Of a DNA stretch of 64,000 bases, positions 39,947 through 49,577 are shown in pieces. Source of the DNA: a virus; IMG/VR virus record IMGVR_UViG_3300017731_000001. One strand, given 5' to 3'. The first letter of the stretch is position 1. Each line of letters starts with the position of its first letter. The notes beneath the pieces are model-generated. The model was not told the DNA's origin. It worked only from the letters and a program-made list of their open reading frames with translations, and did no database searches. Made by a program: the position numbers and the translations under genes.

Positions 39947-40462
39947 ATGCCTAAGAAAAAACCAGAACATTACGTAAATAACAAAGAGTTGCTAGAAGCA
40001 ATGATTGTCTATCGCACCAAAGTTGGTATTGCGAGAGAAAAATTTATTGAGAAATATGATAAAGATCCACCAAAGTCCGGGGCATGGGAAGGCAAACCCA
40101 GAATTCCTAATTATCTTGGCGAATGTTTTTTAAAGATTGCAACTCATCTTTCATATAAACCAAACTTTGTGAATTACATGTTCCGTGAGGATATGATTTC
40201 TGATGGTATTGAAAACTGCGTTCAATACATCCATAATTTTAATCCAGAGAAATCTCAAAATCCCTTTGCCTATTTTACTCAAATTATTCACTATGCTTTC
40301 TTGAGAAGAATTCAAAAAGAGAAAAAGCAATTAGAAATCAAAACAAAGATTATTGAACGCACAGGATTTGATGAAGTCATGGTTATTGACAACAATGAAC
40401 TTTCGGGTAATAATGCTGAGTATAATTCCATAAAAGATAACATTCAATATCGTAACCGATAA
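39947..40462 (+). CDS. gp55: Late-transcription sigma factor gp55
   Basis: HYVNNKE, YKPNFVNY, DGIENC and NPFAYFTQI--YAFLRRI-KEKKQ motifs. Confidence 0.96.
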   Translation: MPKKKPEHYVNNKELLEAMIVYRTKVGIAREKFIEKYDKDPPKSGAWEGKPRIPNYLGECFLKIATHLSYKPNFVNYMFREDMISDGIENCVQYIHNFNPEKSQNPFAYFTQIIHYAFLRRIQKEKKQLEIKTKIIERTGFDEVMVIDNNELSGNNAEYNSIKDNIQYRNR

Positions 40463-40468
40463 AAAATT

Positions 40469-40753
40469 ATGAAAGATTATTCACGATATCTTGAGTTATA
40501 TCAAATTGATGAACTCAAAGATCTCTTTGACAAATATGGATGGGAAGAATCTGACAATATTGTCGTTGAGATGGCTGGCACTCAAGTTTCTGGTATTGAT
40601 GTAGGCGAGGAGTATAATAAGAAGTGGCAGTCTCCTATTGGCACTCGTAAATATAACAAAGATGCATTCATTGTTATCAAAAACCTTTCTCGTGATCCCG
40701 TTGTATCTTCTAAACCAATGGACCGGGAGCATACTCCACATCATTCCAAATGA
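40469..40753 (+). CDS. Hypothetical protein
   Basis: 94 aa ORF with ATGA overlap with gp47. Confidence 0.7.
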   Translation: MKDYSRYLELYQIDELKDLFDKYGWEESDNIVVEMAGTQVSGIDVGEEYNKKWQSPIGTRKYNKDAFIVIKNLSRDPVVSSKPMDREHTPHHSK

Positions 40754-41784
40754 AAATAGCAATCATTACAGATACTCATTATGGTGCTAGAAAGGGTTCT
40801 AAGCACCTTCATGACTACTTTGAGAAGTTCTATGATGATGTGTTCTTTCCGACCTTAGAGGAGCAAGGAATCACAACTGTGGTTCACATGGGTGATGCTT
40901 TTGATAGTCGCAAGTCAATTGATTATCAAAGTCTTGAATGGTCGAAGAGAGTTGTGTTTGAGAGACTCAAAAACTACGATGTTCACATGATTGTAGGAAA
41001 TCATGATTGTTATTATAAGAATACCAATAATGTAAACTCTCCAGAACTTCTTCTACAGACTTATAATAATATTAAAACTTACAATAAAGTCACTGAAGTA
41101 TTTCTAGATAAAACTAAAGTATTGTTTATTCCTTGGATCAATGCAGAAAACTTTGAGAATACTGTCAAGGTTGTCAAAACTACTGATAGCATATGTGCGA
41201 TGGGGCACCTTGAGCTCAACGGATTCAGAGCGCATCGTGGACACGTCATGGAAGATGGTATGGCGTGCGACTTATTTGACAAGTTCGACAAAGTGTTTTC
41301 AGGACACTACCATACACGGTCAGACAACGGAAAAATCTTCTACTTAGGAAATCCTTATGAGATGTTCTGGAATGATGTGAATGATACAAGAGGATTTCAT
41401 ATCTTTGATACGGATACCCTCACTCATACCCCAGTTAATAATCCTTATAAATTATTTTATAATATCTATTATGAGGATACTAATCATAAACTCTTCAATG
41501 CAACTGAATACGAGAACAAGATTGTAAAGGTTATTGTTCGTAAAAAAACAAAACCCAAAGATTTTGAAAAGTTTATTGATAAGTTGTATTCTATTGGCGT
41601 CCAAGATCTAAAAATCATTGAAAACTTTGATATTCAAGAAAATGAAGATTTTGAAATAGGAGAGGAAGAAAATACTCTTTCAATTCTAAGTCGTTATATT
41701 GATGAATCTGAAACACAATATGATAAAAATATTATTAAAAATATTTTTCAAGAACTCTATAAACAAGCTTGCGAGGTAGAATAA
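40750..41784 (+). CDS. gp47: Recombination endonuclease gp47 (Mre11/SbcD-like)
   Basis: DTHYG, GDAFD, GNHD and SGHYH metallophosphoesterase motifs. Confidence 0.96.
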   Translation: MKIAIITDTHYGARKGSKHLHDYFEKFYDDVFFPTLEEQGITTVVHMGDAFDSRKSIDYQSLEWSKRVVFERLKNYDVHMIVGNHDCYYKNTNNVNSPELLLQTYNNIKTYNKVTEVFLDKTKVLFIPWINAENFENTVKVVKTTDSICAMGHLELNGFRAHRGHVMEDGMACDLFDKFDKVFSGHYHTRSDNGKIFYLGNPYEMFWNDVNDTRGFHIFDTDTLTHTPVNNPYKLFYNIYYEDTNHKLFNATEYENKIVKVIVRKKTKPKDFEKFIDKLYSIGVQDLKIIENFDIQENEDFEIGEEENTLSILSRYIDESETQYDKNIIKNIFQELYKQACEVE

Positions 41785-41785
41785 A

Positions 41786-42052
41786 ATGTATCTCCTCACT
41801 CTCAAAGAAAGTAAAGATGAGGGTGCTTATGCCGTGCAGGATAAGTATGGAGATAAGGTTCTTTTTCTTTTTGAGGAGGAAGATGATGCCGTTCGTTATG
41901 CTATGATGCTTGAAGAGCAAGAAGAACAAACTATGGATGTTGTTGAGGTTGACGATGAACTTGCTATAAAAACTTGTAAAATACACAGTTACAAATATAC
42001 TGTAATTACTTCTGATGACATTGTGATTCCCCCCAAGAATGATAACTTTTAA
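41786..42052 (+). CDS. DUF3110-like small acidic protein
   Basis: LFEEEDDAVRYAMMLE motif; position between gp47 and gp46. Confidence 0.7.
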   Translation: MYLLTLKESKDEGAYAVQDKYGDKVLFLFEEEDDAVRYAMMLEEQEEQTMDVVEVDDELAIKTCKIHSYKYTVITSDDIVIPPKNDNF

Positions 42053-43751
42053 AAATATTAAGTACAAGAATTTTTTAAGTACTGGAAATAATTGGACTGA
42101 GATTGACTTTCAACAATATAATACAAACCTCATCATTGGAACGAATGGTGCGGGAAAAAGTTCTATGTTGGATGCACTTACCTTTGTATTGTTTAATAAA
42201 CCATTTCGCAAAATTAATAAACCACAACTAATCAATACCACAAATGAGAGGGATTGTTTGGTTGAGATTGAGTTCTCTGTGAATAGTCGTGATTATTTGG
42301 TTCGTCGTGGAATTAAACCAAATGTATTTGATATTGAGGTGAATGGTAATCCACTTCATAAGGAAGCAGATGATCGTGCCAATCAACGCATTCTTGAAGA
42401 GAGTATTCTCAAGGTAAATTATAAGTCATTTACACAAATTGTAATCTTAGGTAGCAGCACCTTTGTGCCTTTCATGCAACTCACAACTTCTAATCGTCGT
42501 GAAGTGATTGAAGATTTGTTAGACATTCGCATCTTCTCTGCGATGAATAATTTGGTTAAAGAAAAACTTAGGATAATGAGGGATCAATCCAAATCTTTAG
42601 ATCTGAAAAAAGATAATGTCAGAGATAAGATTGGGATGCAGGAAAACTTTATTAGCGAACTTGAAGAAAGGGGAAATGCCAATATAAATGCAAACCAAGA
42701 AAAAATTAATTCTTTGGATGCAGAAGTTCTTTCCTATATGAAAGAGAATTCTATCCTTGAAGAAAATGTATTTAAGTTTATTAAGGAACAAGAAACTGTC
42801 ATTGGAGCAGGAGAAAAATTAGTAAAACTAAACAATCTTAAAGGAAAACTCTCTCAAAAAGTAGGCACAATTACCAAAGAACATAAGTTTTTCACCGAAA
42901 ATACGGTTTGTCCTACTTGCACTCAGGACATAGAAGAGGAGTTTAGGTTAAATAAGATTGTAGACGTTCAAAATAGAGCAAAAGAACTTCAGAGTGGTTA
43001 TCAAGAACTGGAAACCACCATTAAGTTTGAACAAGAAAAAGAACGTCAATTCAACTCACTATCTAAGGAGATTACTAAACTCAATAATGGCATTTCTCAA
43101 AACAATACTAGAGTATCTGGATGTCAACGACAAATCCGAGATTTGGAATCGGAAATTCAGAGACTTACCCAGCAAGTTGCAAATAGAAATACTGAACATG
43201 AGAAGTTAGCAGAGTTTAAAGTAACCCTCCAAAATACAATTGAAGACCTGTCTGATAAAAGGATTGAAATGTCAAATTATGACTTTGCATATTCATTGCT
43301 TAAAGATGACGGTGTAAAAACAAAAATCATTAAAAAATATATTCCTTTCATTAATCAACAGGTTAATCGTTATCTGCAGATGATGGATTTCTATATTAAC
43401 TTCAATTTGGATGGTGAATTTAATGAGACAGTAAAATCGCCAATTCATGAAGATTTTTCTTATGCTTCTTTCAGTGAGGGTGAGAAAATGAGAATTGATC
43501 TAGCACTTCTTTTCACATGGAGAGAAGTTGCCCGTGTTAAGAATTCTGTAAATACGAATCTTTTAATTATGGACGAAGTATTTGATTCTTCACTTGATGG
43601 ATTTGGCACAGAAGAATTTCTTAAAATTATTAAATATGTCATTAAGGGTGCTAACATTTTTGTAATATCTCATAAATCAGATTTGCATGATAAATTTGAC
43701 AATGTAATAAAATTTGATAAGATAAAGGGGTTCAGTAGAAAGGTATCATGA
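42039..43751 (+). CDS. gp46: Recombination ATPase gp46 (Rad50/SbcC-like)
   Basis: GTNGAGKS, CPTC hook, FSEGEK signature and LLIMDE motifs. Confidence 0.97.
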   Translation: MITFKNIKYKNFLSTGNNWTEIDFQQYNTNLIIGTNGAGKSSMLDALTFVLFNKPFRKINKPQLINTTNERDCLVEIEFSVNSRDYLVRRGIKPNVFDIEVNGNPLHKEADDRANQRILEESILKVNYKSFTQIVILGSSTFVPFMQLTTSNRREVIEDLLDIRIFSAMNNLVKEKLRIMRDQSKSLDLKKDNVRDKIGMQENFISELEERGNANINANQEKINSLDAEVLSYMKENSILEENVFKFIKEQETVIGAGEKLVKLNNLKGKLSQKVGTITKEHKFFTENTVCPTCTQDIEEEFRLNKIVDVQNRAKELQSGYQELETTIKFEQEKERQFNSLSKEITKLNNGISQNNTRVSGCQRQIRDLESEIQRLTQQVANRNTEHEKLAEFKVTLQNTIEDLSDKRIEMSNYDFAYSLLKDDGVKTKIIKKYIPFINQQVNRYLQMMDFYINFNLDGEFNETVKSPIHEDFSYASFSEGEKMRIDLALLFTWREVARVKNSVNTNLLIMDEVFDSSLDGFGTEEFLKIIKYVIKGANIFVISHKSDLHDKFDNVIKFDKIKGFSRKVS

Positions 43752-43906
43752 ACTGGAGAGAAGAATATAAGAAGATGAAGAAACTGTCTTTGAGGGAAAT
43801 GGAACTTCTCAAAAACGGACCAGATAGTCTGGCATCTTCTTGGAGACTTCAATCCATGTATAATAACTGGAAACGTATCAAAGGTATTTCTGATGACAAC
43901 ACCTAA
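43748..43906 (+). CDS. Hypothetical protein (52 aa, MNWREEYKKM...)
   Basis: Translated by hand; ATGA overlap with the gp46 stop. Confidence 0.65.
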   Translation: MNWREEYKKMKKLSLREMELLKNGPDSLASSWRLQSMYNNWKRIKGISDDNT

Positions 43907-44084
43907 TTGGCAACATCACTCCAAGAAAGAACGGAAACGTACTCTCAAACCTCAGGCACTGAGGTCTAGTAGAGAAGCACTCAGACAATTTAAGAAGTGT
44001 CACATGAACCCGTTCAAGAAGCGGGTTTCGTCGTATTATGAGTCCATACGAACGAACTTCAATGACCGTTTCTCACGAGATTAA
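43893..44084 (+). CDS. Small basic hypothetical protein (MTTPNWQHHSKK...)
   Basis: ORF track; overlaps both neighbours and contains the downstream promoter. Confidence 0.55.
   Translation: MTTPNWQHHSKKERKRTLKPQALRSSREALRQFKKCHMNPFKKRVSSYYESIRTNFNDRFSRD
43983..44039 (+). promoter_or_regulatory. Palindromic upstream element plus -10 box for the vWA-peptidase gene
   Basis: AGACAATTTAAGAAGTGTCA (imperfect inverted repeat), then TATTAT at 44034. Confidence 0.55.
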
Positions 44085-46176
44085 ATCTCAACTGGCCAAA
44101 CTACTGGCAACCGAAGATTTAATTGTAGAGCACAAGAATGTTGAAACTGCTTGCTTCAACGTCCATACTCGGGTTCTGACGCTTCCAATGTGGGAAAAGG
44201 CAAGTAATAGTGTTTATGATATGTTAGTGGGTCATGAGGTGGGACATGCACTTTATACGCCTGATAGAGATTGGTTTTTGGAACTAAAGATTCCTCCACA
44301 GTTTGTGAATGTGGTTGAAGATGTCCGCATTGAAAAACTTATAAAACGTAGGTATGCGGGTATTGGCAAAACATTCTATCGTGGTTACCAGGAACTTGCC
44401 GATCAAGATTTTTTTCAGATTGCTAATGAAAATGTCAATCTTATGAATCTTGCTGACAAAGCAAATCTATATTTTAAGATTGGAAATTTTACGAACATTT
44501 CTTTTACTGAAGAGGAGATGGCAATCATTCGCATAATTGATGGTTGTGAGGATTTTGATGATACTCTATTTGCAGCAGAGGTTCTGTATAAATTTTGTAA
44601 AAAAGAACAAGAAAAAGAACAAGATACTAATATTGATAATCAAAATGGTCAACAATCTGATGATGGAGATTCTACTGAAGAATCTGAATCCGGAGATTCC
44701 GAAGAAGGAGATTCGGCAGACTTAGAAACTCCTTCATATGAGCAGAAGGGGGGAGATGTTGGTAATGAAACTTTGAATGATGAACCAGAAGTCTCTACTG
44801 CAACTAATCTAGAAGATGCACTTAAACAACTCATAGATCATAGTGGATTTGAAAATGTCTATTTGGAGTTTCCTAAACTTGACTTAAAAAAAGTTGTCGT
44901 TCCCAATTCTAAGATTCATGAACTTTGTGCAGAGAACTGGAAATCTTATGCGGAAAACGAGAATGAATATGGAAAATCATTTCCATTAAGTTTCAGTATT
45001 TCTAAGGTCGATCAACAATATTCTAAATTCAAACGTTCTGCTCAGAAAGAAGTTAGTTATTTGGTAAAGGAGTTTGAATGTAAGAAAGCAGCAGATGCTT
45101 ATTCTCGTGCTTCTACATCTCGCACTGGCATTTTAGATTGCTCTAAACTTCATACCTACAAATATAACGAAGACCTCTTTAAAAAAATTACTACCATTCC
45201 CGATGGTAAAAATCATGGTCTGGTATTTGTTCTGGATTGGAGTGGTTCTATGGGTAATGTTTTACTTGATACTATGAAACAACTTTTTAATCTGGTTTGG
45301 TTTTGTAAGAAAGTAAATATTCCATTTGAAGTGTATGCATTCACTAATGATTATCCTTTAATGGATGAGGTAACAGGTCATAGGGAAATTTCTTATGAGA
45401 AAAAACCTGGTCTTGTTTATGTTCCTGAATGGTTTTCTATGATGAATTTTCTTACCAGTAAGGTAAATGGAAAAGTTCTAGATGAGCAAATGAAAAATAT
45501 TTTCAGAATTGCATATAGTCATGATTATCATTGTTCTTTTAGAGCTCCTGTTGGTTTGGGACTCTCTGGAACTCCCTTGAATGAGGCAATGATTTCTCTC
45601 CATCAAATCCTACCAAAATTTAAAGAAGAGCATAAACTTCAAAAAGTTCAGTGTGTCGTTTTGACTGATGGAGAGGGATGTTCTTTAAGATATCATCGTC
45701 AGATTGATCGCGGATATGTCGATGGTCCTTTTCTTGGGACTGGTACTATTGGACATAGGTGCGTTTTGAGAGATAGGGGAACTGGAAATACATATACCTT
45801 CAGTGATGAATGGGACGAAATGACTGATGTTCTTCTTCGCAACCTAAGGGATAATTTTGTTGATATAAATTTCATCGGTATTCGTATTCTTCAATCCCGT
45901 GATGCCAAATCGTTTATGCGTAAGTACTATAAATTTTATTCTGAGGAATTTCGTAAACTAGAAAGTGTATGGAAAAAAAGAAAATCTTTTACAATTAAAA
46001 CTTCTGGATATCACAGTTATTTTGGTTTATCATCTTCTGCCTTAAATAGTGATGATGAATTTGAAGTGAATGAAGACGCAACCAAAACTCAGATTAAGAG
46101 TGCGTTTGCAAAATCTCTCAACTCCAAAAAAATGAATAAGAAGATTCTTGGTGAGTTTATTTCTTTGGTGGCATAA
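44062..46176 (+). CDS. HExxH metallopeptidase-like plus vWA (CobT-like) protein
   Basis: HEVGH, acidic linker, MIDAS DWSGS, GTPL and LTDGE motifs. ATG 44062 is preferred because it lies downstream of the -10. Confidence 0.85.
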   Translation: MTVSHEIKSQLAKLLATEDLIVEHKNVETACFNVHTRVLTLPMWEKASNSVYDMLVGHEVGHALYTPDRDWFLELKIPPQFVNVVEDVRIEKLIKRRYAGIGKTFYRGYQELADQDFFQIANENVNLMNLADKANLYFKIGNFTNISFTEEEMAIIRIIDGCEDFDDTLFAAEVLYKFCKKEQEKEQDTNIDNQNGQQSDDGDSTEESESGDSEEGDSADLETPSYEQKGGDVGNETLNDEPEVSTATNLEDALKQLIDHSGFENVYLEFPKLDLKKVVVPNSKIHELCAENWKSYAENENEYGKSFPLSFSISKVDQQYSKFKRSAQKEVSYLVKEFECKKAADAYSRASTSRTGILDCSKLHTYKYNEDLFKKITTIPDGKNHGLVFVLDWSGSMGNVLLDTMKQLFNLVWFCKKVNIPFEVYAFTNDYPLMDEVTGHREISYEKKPGLVYVPEWFSMMNFLTSKVNGKVLDEQMKNIFRIAYSHDYHCSFRAPVGLGLSGTPLNEAMISLHQILPKFKEEHKLQKVQCVVLTDGEGCSLRYHRQIDRGYVDGPFLGTGTIGHRCVLRDRGTGNTYTFSDEWDEMTDVLLRNLRDNFVDINFIGIRILQSRDAKSFMRKYYKFYSEEFRKLESVWKKRKSFTIKTSGYHSYFGLSSSALNSDDEFEVNEDATKTQIKSAFAKSLNSKKMNKKILGEFISLVA

Positions 46177-46180
46177 CCAT

Positions 46181-46235
46181 AGACACTTAATTAAGTGTCT
46201 GTCAAATGAAATTCAAAGCAATTTTCGACTATAAT
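46181..46235 (+). promoter_or_regulatory. Perfect 20 bp palindrome plus -10 box for cobS
   Basis: AGACACTTAATTAAGTGTCT (46181-46200) and TATAAT at 46230. Confidence 0.65.
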
Positions 46236-46259
46236 AACTTCAGTCAAACAAAACAACCA

Positions 46260-47375
46260 ATGTCTCTGACCACCGACTACATTCGTACCTCTCTTCAAAA
46301 TTTGTATGGTGAGTCTGTAACCTCTGCCGACATTCGTGCATGGTGTATGATGAATGATTCTAATTATCAAACTGTAACTAAAAAACTTTCTGAGTGTAAA
46401 GTTGGTCGTGGTAAATGGAATCTTGAATTGACAAAAGAAACCGTGGATGAATTGGAAGTATCTTACAGTTCTCCTGCAGCATTGCCTGCCATTGAACAAA
46501 ACCTTATTCCTCGGAAAGATGATACTTTCGTCCAGTTTGGTAACTTTAGTGATATTAAAAAAATTATTCAGTCCAATCTTTTTTATCCGACATTTATTAC
46601 TGGACTCTCGGGTAATGGTAAAACTCTTTCGGTGGAGCAAGCATGTGCTCAAACAAAACGAGAACTTATCCGCGTAAACATTACTATTGAAACTGATGAA
46701 GACGATCTTATTGGCGGTTTTCGCCTTGTTAATGGTGCAACCGTCTGGCACAATGGCCCGGTTATTGAAGCACTCCAGCGAGGAGCTATCCTGCTCCTTG
46801 ACGAGATCGACCTTGCCTCTAATAAAATTCTCTGTCTTCAGTCTATCCTTGAAGGAAATGGAGTCTTTCTCAAGAAAATTGGGCAGTTTGTCCGTCCCAG
46901 TGCAGGTTTCAACGTCATCGCAACCGCAAACACTAAAGGTAAAGGTAGCGACGACGGACGATTCATTGGAACTAACGTGCTCAATGAAGCATTCCTTGAG
47001 CGATTCCCTGTGACTTTTGAGCAGGAGTATCCTACTCCTTCTAATGAGGTAAAGATTCTTTTAGGTGTTGCTGCTTCTGTTGGTAAGCACGATGAAGACT
47101 TCTGTAGGAGACTCGTAGATTGGGCTGACATTATTCGTAAGACTTTCTATGATGGTGGTATTGAAGAAATTATCAGTACTCGTAGATTGGTTCACATTAT
47201 CCATGCATATTCAATCTTCGGTAAGAAGGAAAAAGCAATTCAAGTTTGTGTGAATCGTTTTGATGATGAAACCAAACAGGCATTCCTAGAATTGTATGAT
47301 AAAGTGGATGCTGATTTTGAAATGCCTGCAGAAACCGATCGCATTTATGTGATTGACGGCGGAGCAAATATTTGA
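46260..47375 (+). CDS. cobS: CobS-like MoxR AAA+ ATPase
   Basis: GLSGNGKT, LLLDEID, ATANTKG and NEAFLERF motifs. ATG 46260 lies downstream of the promoter. Confidence 0.9.
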   Translation: MSLTTDYIRTSLQNLYGESVTSADIRAWCMMNDSNYQTVTKKLSECKVGRGKWNLELTKETVDELEVSYSSPAALPAIEQNLIPRKDDTFVQFGNFSDIKKIIQSNLFYPTFITGLSGNGKTLSVEQACAQTKRELIRVNITIETDEDDLIGGFRLVNGATVWHNGPVIEALQRGAILLLDEIDLASNKILCLQSILEGNGVFLKKIGQFVRPSAGFNVIATANTKGKGSDDGRFIGTNVLNEAFLERFPVTFEQEYPTPSNEVKILLGVAASVGKHDEDFCRRLVDWADIIRKTFYDGGIEEIISTRRLVHIIHAYSIFGKKEKAIQVCVNRFDDETKQAFLELYDKVDADFEMPAETDRIYVIDGGANI

Positions 47376-47381
47376 TATAAT
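47353..47381 (+). promoter_or_regulatory. Sigma70-like promoter
   Basis: TTGACG-17 nt-TATAAT with an extended TG. Confidence 0.75.
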
Positions 47382-47386
47382 AAATT

Positions 47387-47806
47387 ATGACTAATTCTTG
47401 GTCCATGCTCTATGATGAAATTTTGAAAATGGATGAAAACACTTTGAACATAGGTACTCACCTTCGAGGTGCCGAAGGTGATGACCACATTTCTTTAAAT
47501 ATGTCTAAAAATAGTAATAGTCGATATAAGTATAGTGAAGAAAAAATTCTTAAGGAACTAACTGACTATATTGTTAGAACATATGATCAGCATTATTCTG
47601 CTGGTGATGACAGGATTCAAACACTTGATCTGATTGAAGCATGTGGTGATGGTGAAGCATTTTGCCGATCTAATATTCTCAAGTATGCTTCTCGTTATGA
47701 TAGGAAAGGCACCGCCCGACGTGACATTATGAAGATTCTGCATTATGCTGTTCTTCTGATGCACTTCAATGATAAGAATGCTGAGAAAGAGAATTACAAT
47801 CAATGA
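47387..47806 (+). CDS. DUF3310-like protein
   Basis: QHYS...IQTLDLI...FCRSNILKYASRY-RKG...DIMKILHY pattern. Confidence 0.75.
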   Translation: MTNSWSMLYDEILKMDENTLNIGTHLRGAEGDDHISLNMSKNSNSRYKYSEEKILKELTDYIVRTYDQHYSAGDDRIQTLDLIEACGDGEAFCRSNILKYASRYDRKGTARRDIMKILHYAVLLMHFNDKNAEKENYNQ

Positions 47807-48498
47807 CCATGAAATTACGCGAACGCACTATGAAACTAAGTGATTCAACTCTGTCCATCCTGAGAAACTTTGCAGGAATTAACAACTCAATTCTTGTAAA
47901 GAGAGGTAATCGTCTTCGCACAATTTCTGTTGCCAAGAACATTTTGGCAGAAGCAAATCTTGATGAAGATTTTCCTTCAGACTTTGCACTCTATGACCTC
48001 AATCAATTTCTCAATGTAAATAACAGTCTTTTCAGAAATCCTGAATTGGATTTTACTGATAATGGTTATGTTGTTATTAGTGAAGGTAAGTCTAAACAAA
48101 CCTTTTTCTTTGCCGATCCAAATGTAATTGTTACTCCTCCCGATAAGGAAATTACTCTTCCCACTGAAGATGTTTGTTTTGAACTGAGCACAGAACAACT
48201 AGACAAACTGCTTAAAGCAGCTGCCATCAATCAACTACCTGATTTTTCTGCGATTGGTAGGAATGGTAAAGTGACTTTGGTTGTTCGTGATAAGAAGAAC
48301 GATACTTCTAACAACTTTAATATTGTTGTCGGAGAAACTAGTTCTGAATTCGCATTCAACTTTAAAGTGGAGAACATCAAGATTCTTCCAGGAACCTATG
48401 ATGTGGTTGTCTCGCAAAAACTTTTGTCACGATTCACCTCTAAAAATCATGATCTGACTTATTATATTGCTCTGGAACCTGATTCTACTTTCGAGTGA
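47803..48498 (+). CDS. gp45: Sliding clamp gp45
   Basis: LRNFAGINNSI, YDLNQFL and YYIALE motifs. The start could instead be 47830. Confidence 0.93.
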   Translation: MTMKLRERTMKLSDSTLSILRNFAGINNSILVKRGNRLRTISVAKNILAEANLDEDFPSDFALYDLNQFLNVNNSLFRNPELDFTDNGYVVISEGKSKQTFFFADPNVIVTPPDKEITLPTEDVCFELSTEQLDKLLKAAAINQLPDFSAIGRNGKVTLVVRDKKNDTSNNFNIVVGETSSEFAFNFKVENIKILPGTYDVVVSQKLLSRFTSKNHDLTYYIALEPDSTFE

Positions 48499-48499
48499 T

Positions 48500-49027
48500 A
48501 TGAACATCTTTGTTACTTCTCCTGACCCCTGGGAGTGTGCTAGGGTCCTCCCTGACAAGCATATTGTCAAGATGCCTTTGGAGACCTGTCAGATGCTTGC
48601 TATTGTATGCTCTGACAAATGGGGTCATAACTTTGGCACTCTTCCTAGAGCAGATGGCAGTGCCTATGCTACTGAGAAGGGTGCATTTCGCAATCATCCC
48701 TGTACTAAATGGGCGAATGAATTTGTGACCAATTGGCAGTGGTTACTTGCTCATGGACTTGCTATGTGTGAAGAGTACACTGCTCGTTATGGTAAGGTTC
48801 ATACATGTCAGAAGACTCTTCTAGCAGCAAAGGAGATACTTCCTACCGCAGATCCGCAAGGTCGCAGTGGAAAGGATACAACACCCTTTGTATTTGCGGG
48901 ACCTGATGAATTCAAGTATGATACTAGCATTGATATTTTCACTGCTTACAAGATGTATATTGCATCTAAACCATGGGTAAAAGATAATTATCTTCGCATC
49001 CCATCCAGAAAACCGGATTGGATATAA
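48500..49027 (+). CDS. Pyrimidine-dimer DNA glycosylase-like (DenV/Pyr_excise family) protein
   Basis: MNIF...DKHIVKM-LE--QML, HPCTKW and EEY--RYGK-H motifs; ATG at 48500. Confidence 0.7.
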   Translation: MNIFVTSPDPWECARVLPDKHIVKMPLETCQMLAIVCSDKWGHNFGTLPRADGSAYATEKGAFRNHPCTKWANEFVTNWQWLLAHGLAMCEEYTARYGKVHTCQKTLLAAKEILPTADPQGRSGKDTTPFVFAGPDEFKYDTSIDIFTAYKMYIASKPWVKDNYLRIPSRKPDWI

Positions 49028-49363
49028 ATGATACACATTCTCTTCACCCTTAAGGGATGTCCATATGGATTACTAGATGATGAAGCACACATTCGCAATG
49101 TGTTGGCAAATGCATCAAATCTTGCCGAAAGCACATTGCTGAATATTTCATCTCATAAGTTTGATCCTCATGGAGTAACTGCCATAGCACTTCTTGCCGA
49201 GTCTCACATTAGTATTCATACATGGCCGGAGAATGGTATGGCAGTATGTGATGTGTTTACCTGTGGTGAGCATACAAATCCACGATCTGGTGCCACATAC
49301 ATGTATGAAGCAATGGGTGCAACAGACATTGTATCCGAAATTTTTACTCGACCTTTGAAATGA
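49028..49363 (+). CDS. speD: S-adenosylmethionine decarboxylase proenzyme (pyruvoyl-dependent)
   Basis: F-P-GVT--ALLAESHISIHTWPE and DVFTCG motifs. Confidence 0.9.
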   Translation: MIHILFTLKGCPYGLLDDEAHIRNVLANASNLAESTLLNISSHKFDPHGVTAIALLAESHISIHTWPENGMAVCDVFTCGEHTNPRSGATYMYEAMGATDIVSEIFTRPLK

Positions 49364-49575
49364 CTAAAGTTGATGTCCCAATGAGAATAACTGGTAGTAT
49401 CCTAGTGATTACTGCATACTTTGTTGTTCTTCACATTAATATAACTCTCGGAGTTTTTTTGCACTTTGTTGCTGATATGATTTCAGTTCCTTACTTTATA
49501 AGGACAAAATCTTGGGATGTTGTTATTATGCTAGGATTCCTTCTAGCGATTAGTTTTAGTAAATTACTTTTTTGA
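49360..49575 (+). CDS. Small membrane protein
   Basis: Hydrophobic 71 aa ORF with ATGA overlap. Confidence 0.65.
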   Translation: MTKVDVPMRITGSILVITAYFVVLHINITLGVFLHFVADMISVPYFIRTKSWDVVIMLGFLLAISFSKLLF

Positions 49576-49577
49576 TT

